A DNA stretch of 64,000 bases, taken from the human T2T-CHM13v2.0 reference genome, Homo sapiens. The notes under the pieces are model-generated. The model saw only the letters and a program-made list of their open reading frames with translations, made no database searches and was not told the origin of the DNA. Within the stretch, counting starts at the first letter, position 1. Every line of letters starts with the position of its first letter. The position numbers and the translations under genes were made by a program. The stretch lies in the NCBI RefSeq assembly GCF_009914755.1, contig NC_060942.1; one strand, written 5' to 3'. Of this stretch, positions 46,431 to 58,485 are shown one piece after another.

Positions 46431-46981
46431 AAAAAGAACAGTTCACAATTAAAAAATAAAAGTGTGATAGATAAAAGGATAAACCTTCAACATAAAATTA
46501 GATATGAAGTTGTTTATCAAAACTTTGTAAAATAATTATTTATCCTTTCTGTCTGCTAGGATTGTTGCTGGAAGGTTTCTACTTGGATTATTATTAGTTT
46601 TTCTTTACCTATTTTGTCCCATGTCAGTATTATCTATTCCACTCCACCCTTCACACCCATCTTTTGCTGCTCAGGTCGGAACAGTATTTGTGAGAGTATC
46701 ATGACACAACTGTAAGCTGGATACAATGTTTAGATCATAGTTCAACTGTGTTACATAGCTAGCCATACAATGTTTATTTAAATTATTCGTGACTGTTTCT
46801 TGGACTGAATCAGTACTTTGTAATCAAATTCTGATGATGTCAACTGCAAGTGCAGTATGTGGTAATCTGAGTAGACATTATCAGATAGTTTCTCACATAT
46901 TTGTCAGTTCCCACAAATCTATTTTCTTATAGTTGTGTGAATCAGAAGTTTGAAACCAGTCCTCATACTCGACAGCAACTT

Positions 46982-47742
46982 CACCATGCTCTGAATGCTT
47001 GTGTCCCTCCAAAATTCCCATGTTGATACCTGTATTAGGCTGTTCTCGCATGGCTATAAAGAAATACCTGACGCTGAGTAATTTATAAAGAAAGGAGGTT
47101 TAATTGGCTCATGGTTCTGCAGCCTGTAGAGGAAGCATCGTCCTGGCAGCTGCTTGGCTTCCAGGGAGGCCTCCAGGAACTTACAGTCATGGCAGAAAGT
47201 TAAAGTGGGGTGACATGTCTCACATGGCTGGAGCAGGAGCAAGAGAGAGAGAGGGCGGATGTTTTACACACTTTTAACACCAGATCTTGCGAGCTCTCTA
47301 CAGTACCGAGGCTGACGCTAAACTGCTCGTTAGAAATCTGCCTCCGTGACCAATCACCACCCACCAGGCCCCACCTTTAACATTGCGGATTGCAATTCAG
47401 CCTGAGCTTCGGGCAGGAACGCAGAATCAAACCATATCAATACCTAATCCCCAGTGCCATAGTATTAATTAGTTGGAGCATTTGGGAGCTGATTTTGGGA
47501 GGGCAGAGCCTTCAGGAATGGGATTAGTGTCCTTATAAGAAAGGCTTAAGGGAACCTGTTTGCCCCTTCTGCCTTGTGTGGACACATAGAAGACGCCCTA
47601 AGGGGAACGGGCCTTCATTACACACTGAATCTCCTGGCACGTTGATCTTGGACCTTCCAGCCTCCAGAACTGTAAGCAATAAATGTCTGTTCTTTATAAC
47701 TTATCCAGTCTCAGGTATTTTGTTGTAGAAGCCCTGACTGAG
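46982..47742 (+). mobile_element. MLT1A-like MaLR LTR split by MSTB
   Basis: ctgaatgcttgtgtccctccaaaattcccatgttga [insertion] cctaatcccc...gggattagtgtccttataaga...ccagcctccagaactgtaagcaataaa...ggtattttgtt. Confidence 0.85.
47031..47439 (-). mobile_element. MSTB-like MaLR solo LTR
   Basis: tgtattaggctgttctcgcatggctataaagaaatacctga...aaaccatatca. Exact 5-bp TSD atacc at 47026-47030 and 47440-47444. Confidence 0.9.
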
Positions 47743-48046
47743 TCCTGTAAGCATTTTCTAAATTGTTTCCTGAAGCCACAGTTCTAGTAGATGTTTTCTA
47801 TGACAGAAATATTTAGTGGTCCGGTAAGATTAGAAAATACTATGCAGATCTCCTATTTCTTTCCATTTCACCGTGCTAATCAGCACACACATGACTGAGA
47901 AGTCTACAGAACTTCACTTTTTAAACCTAGTGTTATCCAAACTTATTTGAAAATTCCCCCTACCCCTACTTTTTGGTAACATTTCTGTTGTCATCCTGAA
48001 GAACAGTCATCCATAGGAAACTGTTTGGCACAAGAGAAACACAGCC

Positions 48047-48438
48047 AAACCCCCATGCAGTAAAAAATCCAAGTATAAGTTTTGACTCCTCAAAAACGTA
48101 ACTACTAACAGCCTATTGTCGATCAGAAGCCTTACCAATAACATGAACCGCAGATGAACACATTCTGTATATGTATTATATGCTGTATTCTTACAATAAA
48201 ATAAGTTAGAGAAAACGTTATTAAGATAATCATAGGGAAGAAAATGTGTATATTTAGTATTCTTTAAGTGGCAGTGGCTCATCATAAAGGACTTCATCCT
48301 TTTGATCGTCGCATTAAGTGGGCTGAGGAGTAGGAGGGAGAGGTTGGCCTTACTGTGTCAAGGGTGGCAGAGGTGGGAGAAAATCGTAGCAGAAGTGGAC
48401 TTGTGCAGTTCAGACTCGTGTTGTTCAAGGGTCAGCTG
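48047..48438 (+). mobile_element. Tigger2a-like copy, 5' end lost or degraded
   Basis: Homologous to 36061-36473: actactaacagcctattgtcgatcagaagcctta...agggtggcagaggtgg...ttgttcaagggtcagctg. Confidence 0.85.
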
Positions 48439-48819
48439 AGCTGTATGTGCTTTAATAGATGAGTTAGATCATCTCCCATGACTCTCAAATTGAAATAATT
48501 TTGTAGTGATAAAACCTAAAGGACTGAAGAAATAGGTCTTTATTATATGGTATGTAGTGTACAAGAATTTATTTTGAAATATTGTTAAAATAAGATTTTT
48601 TTTTTTAAACTGGAGTGTAGGCATTACTACTGCATTGCTGTTTTTACACCAAAACAAATTTTAAGTTGTACTGTGTCAGGCATTTACGGATACTTGTAAA
48701 TCGATCAATATTTTAAAAACAGTATTATTTTTTATTTAAAGGTGTTCCTTCAGATGATTAGATGCTTGCAAATGGATGACTTGAGCAAGAGCAGTTCTAG
48801 CATGGATCTTGGCCTCAAG

Positions 48820-50027
48820 CAGTAGAGTTGGCCTCCTGTTCCACGGGCTCTTGGATGTTCAGTAGGCTTCCTCATGAACATGTCCCAGACTGATCTCCTT
48901 CAAAACAGCTCAATTTCTCTTAAGCCAAAAATGGATCATTTCTTTGATTTCTCTTTCAGACTCTATATCCAATCCATATAGAAATTTGGTTAGCTCTGAT
49001 TACAAATATATATCCCAAATCTGACCACGTCTTCACTGCTAGCCTTTGTCCAGGTCACTATCATCTTTGCCTGGATTATTCCAAGAGACTGTTGATCGAT
49101 CGCACTCTCTCTCTCTCTCTCTCTCATTCACTCAAAACAGAGCAGACAGGAGTGCTATTGAAATGGAAGCTGAGGCTAGGTGTGGTGGCTCACACCTGTA
49201 ATCCCAGGACTTTGGGACTTCTAGGCAGGAGGATTCCTTGAGCCCTGGAGTTTGAGACCAACTTGGGCAACATAGTGAGACCCCTGTCTCTACAAAAAAA
49301 ATTTAAATAGCCAGGCCCAGTGGCGCATGGCTTCAGTCCCAGCTACTGGGAAAGCTAAGGTGTGAGGATCCCTTGAACCTCGGATTTTGAAATTACAGTG
49401 AGCTATTTAAAAAAAATAAAAACAAAAGCAAAAGTAAGTTGGACAAGTCACTCCTCTGTTCAGATGCCTGAGATGGCTTTTCTTCCCACTCAGAATAAAA
49501 GCTGAGGCTGTCATGGCCTTCAGTGTTGCTATTCTCACCCGCCCTCTTTTTTCTATCCTCCCTGGATGGGACTGTCCTCCTCCTCACTTACCAGCCCCCA
49601 GGTTTATGCTCCCACATCACATCTGTGAGAATGAATTGAGACTCTGCCTTCAGAGGTCTGTGGTTGTGCTCTCTCCTCCTGAGCAGGGGTTGCTGGTCCT
49701 TATTCCTTGGCAGGCACCGTGCCTTCATCCTCTTTACTCATAGGTCTCATTCCTGAGCCACCCAAATGTGGAATTTCAACCCCTTGCTGACACTGTAAGA
49801 TCCTTGTTCTGTAATTTATTCTCCTACCACTTGACATTGCTTAATATGATACATATTTTACTGTTTTTTTTTCCTTGTTGTCTGTGTCTCTCACTAGGTT
49901 GTACATTTTTTGAGGGCAGGGACTTTTATTTGTTTTAGTCACCTGTGCATCACAGCTGCCTAGAACTGTTCCTTGCATAATAGTAGATCCTTAATAAATA
50001 TGTAAATTAAATGCATGTGTGAATGAC
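48820..50027 (+). mobile_element. L2 3' portion interrupted by an AluJ
   Basis: cttggatgttcagtaggc...gtccaggtcactatcatctttgcctggattatt...tttgagggcagggactt...cctagaactgttccttgcataatagtagatccttaataaata...tgaatga (L2 3' end). Confidence 0.7.
49174..49435 (+). mobile_element. AluJ, missing the last ~45 nt before its A-rich tail
   Basis: ggctaggtgtggtggctcacacc...ggattccttgagccctggagtttgagacc...acagtgagctat then ttaaaaaaaataaaaac. Confidence 0.88.
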
Positions 50028-50440
50028 TAGCACTGTCCACAGAGGAGTGGCTAGTCAAGCTTAGTGTCACTGCATCCTGTTGATAAGCAGCAGGTTGTCG
50101 AGAATGCTCCGGGAAGGCATGACTTGAACGGTCTGTGTTTTCGTCATAGGTGCAGGACCCCCTCACAGCTAGCACATAGTAAGTGATCAGTAAACGTGAT
50201 GAGACAGGGACTGAAGGTATGAAAGAATGAGGATTTATTGGGAGCAAGGCATGCCAATTGGCTAGCTTTCAGATTTGCCATCATTTTTGTTTTATTTCTG
50301 GTGATATGTAGATTATGTATATATATTTTTAAAAGTTATGTTAAAAATGTTAAAACAGTAATGTTACAGTGTTAGTGTGGAGTAGCCTACCTTCAGTAAC
50401 CACATATGGCTGTCAATATTATGTCCATATGGGTCAGTAA

Positions 50441-50791
<351 letters not shown>

Positions 50792-52806
50792 AGCTTATAT
50801 ATTTTTTTAACCGAGGATGATTTTGAGGCTTTTACCTTATTTGTACTTTAAGCCAAATTTAAAGAATTAGTACTTCTTTTAAGTCCAGTGTTGGTTGAAT
50901 AAATATTTTGCATTTGAACACAATTGAGCTGTGTTATAGTATTAAAACTTTTTCCATTTTTCTCCATGATAATAAAAATTATTATTTCACTAAATATTCA
51001 GCACTAGAGACACTCAGCACGTTAGGACATTGTATTAGGCAAAAGCTTTTTCTCCCTATTTCCTCTAGTTTGTTTCCCTGTGCCATGTAATATTTTTGCT
51101 TCAATTCTTAAAACCTAAGTATTTTAATTAATAATTTTGTTTTCTATTAAAAACTGCACTGTGGATTCTAAGTTCCCATCTCTTAATTTGTACTTGGTCG
51201 TGTAAATAAGCTGTGCTTTGCAGCTTTGGGTTTTTAACCTTTGCTCTTTGCTATTAGCTTTATGTTTTTTTAATTATAGACAATGGAGGACAGTAGGGAA
51301 GTTATGACTTAAATTCATTTATTATCACTGTGTTCTTTTTTAAGGAAATGAAAAATGTTATTTTGTCAAAACCAAGCAGAAACAAATACAGAATTTTTGT
51401 ACTTTTTTTTTGCTCAGCATTTAATATTATCACAGTTTTTTTATGTGATAATTTCATTTTAGTGATTGATGTTGGTACCAGTTGTTTATAGTTGTAAAGT
51501 GTGTATTGTCCATAGTTGTTATTACCTAATATTTAAGTAGAATGATTGTTATTTTCAGTGTATGTAAGTGCATTATTTGAATAAAGAAGTCATGGTCATT
51601 TGGTCTTAAACCTGAGATTCTGTAATATTATATGAAATTAAACAAAATAAATTAGACATTTAGACATGAAAAGAAAAGAAGCATGTTTTTAGAAGTTGTT
51701 TTGCTTTTGGCTTTTGTCACAAGTCTTTTCTGCAAGGATACAGTACTTTACAGTCTTATGTGGCTCATTTGTGCAAACATGTCCAGATGAATTCAGTGTT
51801 TAATGTTGAGAATCTTATAACATGCCAATTTGATTTGTAGCCTTTCATATCATAGAATGCTAATTAAAATCATATTTTTGCATATGTCATGTCTTTCATG
51901 TACATATGCAAATAGATGCTGTTGCCTTTCAGCTATTAGTAATTAACTTTATGAAGGACAGCTGTAATACATAATTAACAAAAATGTTTGCAAGCCCTTT
52001 TACACTGAAAGTTACAGCAGTAAATTTTTTTTCTGCTTATCCAGAGAGCCATTTTAGTTTTGATGCTTCTGAATGTTTCTGATCTAAGTTTTAAATAATC
52101 GCATGACGTAAATAAATTGATACTGCACTGTGTTCAGGGGTAGAATGGCATTCATGTACTGCTGATTCCTGTCCATTTCATATTTATGTCAACAAAATTG
52201 AATTAAGTAAGCTGATTTGTGTATAAAATAAGATAGTATGTCAGGTAATACTTTTTGTTTGTTTTTTTTATTGATATCTAGGTACTTCAATATAATTTTT
52301 TGTGCTATAGATACAGTAAACATTTGTATTATTTTTAAAAACCTCTCTTCAAGTTATTACCATGTTTTTAAGGAAGCTCCATGAAAGCTATTCTTTTTCT
52401 CTTTTACGGTCCTTTAAATATTTAATAAAATGACATTTTCTCAAACTCATTTCATGATTGAAGTGTGCGATGACCTAGGGGCTGTGCATGTTATACTGAG
52501 GTATTGCTTCATCTTTCTTACCAACTGGAAGTGAAGACAGGGATTGAAGAACTACAATCATTGTGCTCTTTTGCTCACTGTTAGTGTATCCAAGTCAAAA
52601 CTGAACCAGTCAATTTAGATGTAGACTTCTTTTGAAGTCCTACAGTATATTTAATCTGTATGCAAGCTTTGGTGTAGCAAGAGTGCCACTGTAATACGCT
52701 TTTTATGTTATGTTTGCATATATATATTATTCTTAAGTTCTCTTTGTACAGATTTCTAGTGGAGAGTCAAGTTTTAGTTTTATAATTACTTTTGTTTATT
52801 TTTTAG

Positions 52807-52881
52807 GGTTGCTTTTGTAATGAAGAAGCACTTAAATACTCATCTACTAGGCAAGCATGGAGTTGGCACCCCAAAAGAAAG
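52807..52881 (+). CDS. ZNF407: Internal 75-nt coding exon of zinc finger protein 407 (C-terminal half of a C2H2 finger plus linker; probably exon 4)
   Basis: Acceptor is ttttgtttattttttag| (AG at 52805-52806) and donor is GAAAG|gtaatt (GT at 52882-52883). The exon reads G GTT GCT TTT GTA ATG AAG AAG CAC TTA AAT ACT CAT CTA CTA GGC AAG CAT GGA GTT GGC ACC CCA AAA GAA AG = (G)VAFVMKKHLNTHLLGKHGVGTPKE(R), with the F-x5-L-x2-H-x4-H finger pattern. This matches the recalled ZNF407 segment ...CHVCGVAFVMKKHLNTHLLGKHGVGTPKERKFTC... Phase is 2-2. It is too short to appear in the ORF track. Confidence 0.93.
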
Positions 52882-53911
52882 GTAATTTTCATTCTTTTTT
52901 TTTCATTTAAAAATACAATTTGATTTTTATTTTAGGCTTTATTTAATGACATGACTTCTAGACTTTTTTTTCACATCAGTTAATCATGTTTCTATTTGTG
53001 GTACTCTTTTGTCAAATATCATATTTTATGCCATCGTTTCACAAAAATTTAACATATTTTAATTAAAACTTGAGTCTAGAAGTAGTTGAAAGCATTTGGA
53101 GGACTTTGAATTTGTGAAACAACCTTGAAATACTAGAAGAATTAAATTGGAGGGAATTACCTTCTGAAAATGCATTCGAGTGTGATAAAACAAATATGTA
53201 AAACTCAACTTTGTTTTATTATATATTCTTATTTTGAGGTTTTAAAATAACAGTTTTGAATTCTTACTCTAGACTTAAAGATTGCTGATATTAAGAAGAA
53301 ATACATCTTGTGTCATCCCCCAAATAATACTACAGTTGCCATGTCATGAAAAATAACACTACAATTATTATGTCATCAACTGCCAGGTTTTCTTTTTTCT
53401 TGCTTCTGTATCATAATTAGCTTCATCGCATAGACTTAATTATATTAGGTGAACTGAAATATAGCAGTGTCAGCTACCAGGTGAACATGGCTACTTCTGA
53501 TATTTTAAATCTTTAAAATGTGCAGCTCACTCAAAACTGGTATAAGCATTAGTACTTTCCTTAAAGTCAGGATAGATTTTCAGCTTCCCTCAGATTCTCC
53601 AAGGTAGGATCCAAAATTCTACAGATACTCTCAGAAACTTTAGTTTTTTTAATACTGTTTTCAAAAGTCACTAGTGATGCAATTTTTTCTGTTACTCTGA
53701 AGCCTGAGGTCTTCAGTCATATTTGTAAATGTTTAATAGTCTTTTTAAAAATTAAAATGCTCTTAGCAGTATTTTCTCTGTTAATGGGAATTTAAGTTGA
53801 CTTTTCTGTCAGGCATATTGTTTTCTTTAGTATTGTAGTATGGGCATAGACTGCTACTGAGTCAAAATTTTGGGATCTTGGGATGTCTCCTTTGCACCCA
53901 TATGTTTGATT

Positions 53912-54281
53912 TCATCCCCTCCGCTCCCCTCCCCTCCTCTTCTCTTCTCTTCTCTTCTCTCTTCTTTCTTCCTGTTCTCCCCGTTCTCCCCTTTCTCCCC
54001 GTTCTCCCCTTCATTTGAGATGGAGTCTTCCTCTGTCGCCCAGGCTGGAGTGCAGTGGCATATGTTAGCTCACTGCAAGCTCCACCTCTCGGATTCACAC
54101 CATTCTCCTGCCTCAGCCTCCCAAGTATCTGGGACTATAGGCACCCGCCACCACCTCCGGCTAATTTTTTTGTATTTTTAGTAGAGACGGGGTTTCACTG
54201 TGTTGGCCAGGATGGTCTCAATCTCCTAATCTCGTGATCCCAAAGTGCTGGGATTACAGGCTTGAGCGACCGTGCCCGGCC
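53912..54281 (-). mobile_element. AluY-like element with CT-rich degenerate tail and a 16-bp internal deletion
   Basis: Body at ~54015-54281. ctcgtgatcc is joined directly to caaagtgctgg. The tail has become (CTTCT)n / (GTTCTCCCC)n. Confidence 0.9.
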
Positions 54282-54499
54282 TATTTCCCTTATCTTTCTT
54301 TGTAACATTGTATTTAATAATTGCAGCAAAAATACATGCATTGAATGTGTCAGGGATGCATTATTCTTGAAATTTAAAAGCATACTATACTATATTTTTA
54401 AAAGAATAATTTGCGACATGTCAAAGTTATGTTTCATAAGTGTTGTTTAAGTATGTAGAAACAGAACATATTTGTAATTGCTATGTTTTCATTGCTTTC

Positions 54500-54660
54500 A
54501 CATGCATTATCTCAGTCCTTCTTTGACCTTATTAGCAGTACATTATTATTCCAGTTTTATAGATCTAAGGACTGAGCCTAGAAAATACAATAATAATTTA
54601 TTCAATATCTCATAAATAATAAATGATGGAACTGTTACTTTTCTGACTCTGATTTCAAAA
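54500..54660 (-). mobile_element. MIR fragment
   Basis: cattattattccagttttatagatctaaggactgagcctagaa resembles the MIR core. Confidence 0.5.
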
Positions 54661-57109
54661 TAAATTTGAATGAAAACAGTGGAGATTGTGTAGTAAGAAG
54701 AAAATATTTCCCAACTGTACTTTTAAATAGTATATATTTTTAATTTAACTACATCATTTTGGTTTTTACTTAGAAATTTTTTTAAAAGTTGAAGAATTGT
54801 TCATATTGTTTCACAGGGAAAAGTTGATCTCCCCATATATGTGCATGTATGTATATATGTTCATGTATTAAACACCTTAAAATGCTAGAAATCCTCTATA
54901 TATTACGAATTTGAGAATCAAAAATTTACTGTTTTTTTTTTTCATTTACCCTTTTCGTTACATTCTAGGATACTTTTTCTTTTCTTTAATATTTATTTCT
55001 GTCCTGAATACATAAAGGGAGATTAAAACTGAGGCAGGAGAAAGATTGAATTTCTCCCCTCTGACACATGGTAAGCCCTTCTCAGATATTGACACTGTTT
55101 TTGTCCTAACATCAAGAAAATCGCAAGTGGGAAAGCACACCCACCTTCTGGATCAGTACCTTTTAAGTACTTCAAGCAGCAGCATTCTTCTAAACCAAAC
55201 GTCTTTGACTGAATTGTTTTTCCTTTTAAAAATTCTTTGAGAGGACTTCTTGTTTTTGACGTCTGCTTATATGGCACTCTCTCCTGTTACAGAGAAATAC
55301 TACACAGGAATGCCAGGACCCCAGCAGCAGTATAATTTTCCAGTAGACACCTGTAGCTAGAGCAAACCAAGATTTCAATGGTATAATCTAGAAGCAGAAA
55401 TGCCAGTCTCCTTGTTTCCATTTCACCTTCCTCCCTTCCTTCTAGTGGTTTTAGGAAGCAAACCCTTCGTCAGTATGCTGGACCATCAGTCTGGGCACAA
55501 CTGTTCTCTAAATTAAGTTAAATATTTTTCTTACCTATTTAAAACATTAAAGCCTTGGTTATACTTTTGCAAGCTTGCTGTATTTTAATTTCTCCAGGAC
55601 AGTATAATCAGTTTTAAAAAATGTTTTTAATTTGATTCTCCATTCTAATGCATTGCATATTATAGCAAATAGTAATAGAAGTTAGCTAAATAGGCTGTGA
55701 CAATTAAATTAATAATGCATTTTGTTTGCAAGTATTTAGGCCTTGTGCTTTGACTGATATATGCAAAAATTATAATTTATTAAAAATAAATCCATATACT
55801 TGTACTATAATGTTTGATGATCCAATAAATTTTGTCAGCATGGCTATCATTAGAAACAGAAAACTAAATTATTTCAAATATTTTCTTTGAGACTCTGTGA
55901 ACACCTGAGGTGATGGCTTGTGTAAGATTATACTTTTTTGTTCCTACATCTGCATTAAATTATTTTAGTGCAGTATCCTACAGTATTTCTGAAATCCTAC
56001 ACACTTAAATTCAAACAATTACATATAACCACATTCAGTTCACATTCTAAAATAATAAACTCCAGTTAACTTGCAAGTTCATTTGAAAGTATTCGCTATT
56101 TTAAATGAGTAATTCTCTTTGTGGTATAAGTAAGCCAAAGCATCTTTATGACTCTTTGAATTGACTAATAGTAATCTAGAAAACGAGCTTATCTACAATT
56201 ATCACAATTGGAACAGCCATACTAAGTATATCTTCTGTGAAAGCCAGGTGCAATTACAATGGAAGTGGATGGTATTCGTCGTTCAGTGCTGGAAATCAGC
56301 TGGGTTTTGAATGACTGTGTAAATAGGAGGACAGGGAAATGATTCGTGTAGAGCTTTGCATTTGATCCATTGCTTTTGTGGTGTCAGAGATGCTGTCAGG
56401 ACATATCTGCACTGGCAGCATCTCAAGAAGGCTGATAAACTCAGAAAACTACCAAAGAAGAATTTTAAATTAGATGCGTGTGTCATAAAGTATAAGCGTT
56501 AAATAATTTCATAACCCAGGAAAAGTACTTGTGTTTTTACTGGTGAATATTCAGATCAAAACCTTACGTATTTCTTCCAGTGCAGCCATTTTTGTCGGAG
56601 TCTGTGAAGTTTCTTACCCTCAGTGCATTTTTGTTAGCATAGCTGTTGGGTGTGTTCAGGCTACTGGATTTGGCTCAGGGCTTCTTAGTATTTTTGCTCA
56701 GGCTAAGATTTCCTCTGGGGTCCTCCAGATTACTGAGCCCTGAAATTTGTGCTGGCCTCTCCCCTTTTATGAGACATTTGGGATATGGGGTTAGCTGTCT
56801 TTCTTTTAGCAGCACCATTGATCTTATTGATGAGTCAAATCTTTACCCCACCTAATGTAATTGCGGAGAGATGTCTCAGAGCCCTGATGCTTATTCTAAT
56901 TTATTTGAAGCCAGTATAATAGGACATGGCATTGTGTGGGTCTTTTGGAGACTCTTTTCTCTCCTTTTTCTCTATTTTCTCAAAAACTTGCATATTTATA
57001 AGTTGAAGTGGCATAAAAGCATCATTGCTATTTTTCAAGTTTACACAGGAGCGTCACCTTTTTTTTATGAAACATGAAAATATCTGAAACAGCAGCATCT
57101 GTGGAAAAG

Positions 57110-57332
57110 CGCATGCACCTGGCATGCACCTGGCATGCAGATGTCACTCACATGGCACACACATGTCACCCACATGGCACACACAGCATGTACATGGCAT
57201 GCACATGTCACTCACATGGCATGCACATGGCCCGCATGGCACACACGTCACTCACATGGCACGCACATGGCACTCACATGGGACACACATGTCACATGGC
57301 ACACACGATGTCACTCACATGGCACACATGAT
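57110..57332. repeat. Minisatellite of 11-bp units (catggcacaca / catgtcactca) with a 22-bp higher-order period, ~20 units
   Basis: Recurrent gtcactcacatggcac(a/g)cacat, read directly. It explains three overlapping H/T/M-rich ORFs. Confidence 0.9.
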
Positions 57333-58163
57333 GTGTGCAGTTGTGACTGATGCTTCACAGGGTTGTTTACAAGCTTAGATGATGTTATATGAGAAAAGCC
57401 ATGCGTTTATAGAAACCCTGAGGAAATTATTGGGGAACAGATTAAATTTTTTCTTATTAGAAGATATTCTATTCATCATATATGACTGACCTCCGACGTC
57501 ACAGTTGTCACTGTTTTCCACCTTAAAGAAATAACTTCTAAGTTGTTCTTGTTGCATATATTTCATTTTATTAAAGGGAAAACAGTTTTCCTCTATTCCT
57601 CCATAGTGAGTTTCTATAAGGTAAATACTGTTATCCATTTTATCATTGAAATGGGTGATTTATTCTAATGGATGTGTTGTGATAGTTTCTTCTCTCTGAT
57701 ATATTCTTCATGGGCTCCTTCTGGAATATTTTTTATGAAACTTTTCAGTCACCTCTGTGTCCAGGCTTCAGGCTCTCCCCTTTACCCACTACTTATTAGT
57801 CTTTCCCTTATTTCTTATTTTTTTTCCATAGTTAGCAATATTTTTTCTTTTTCTTTTTTTTTTCCCCATGATGGCCAATTTAGGAAAAATAAAGTGTTTA
57901 TGGGCTTCTCTCCACCTTAGAACATATTTACACAAGAAATAATTCTTTTGGGCTAAAGTGGAGGAAAACATGTCAGTTCTTTCCATTCTGGGTTGCTTAT
58001 TTTGTTGCGTGGGGAAGGGGGTTATATTTCGATGACGTACTGCTTTTGCATGAGCTGCGAACTCTTTTTGTTTTTTCATTTTTTCCATCTTTTAACCTGT
58101 AAACAGTTAAATATAAATAGTATCTATGATCATATGACCTGGTTTTAATTGGTTTTAATGTAA

Positions 58164-58485
<322 letters not shown>

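Noticed and set aside
52730-52806. Alternative acceptor ttctctttgtacag (AG at 52750-52751), 55 nt upstream of the exon
   Set aside because: It would introduce an in-frame TAA, the true acceptor has the better T-rich tract, and the sequence alone gives no evidence of use.
57074-57378. Overlapping His/Thr/Met-rich ORFs resembling a metal-binding peptide
   Set aside because: All three frames are open simply because the 11-bp repeat contains no stop codons.
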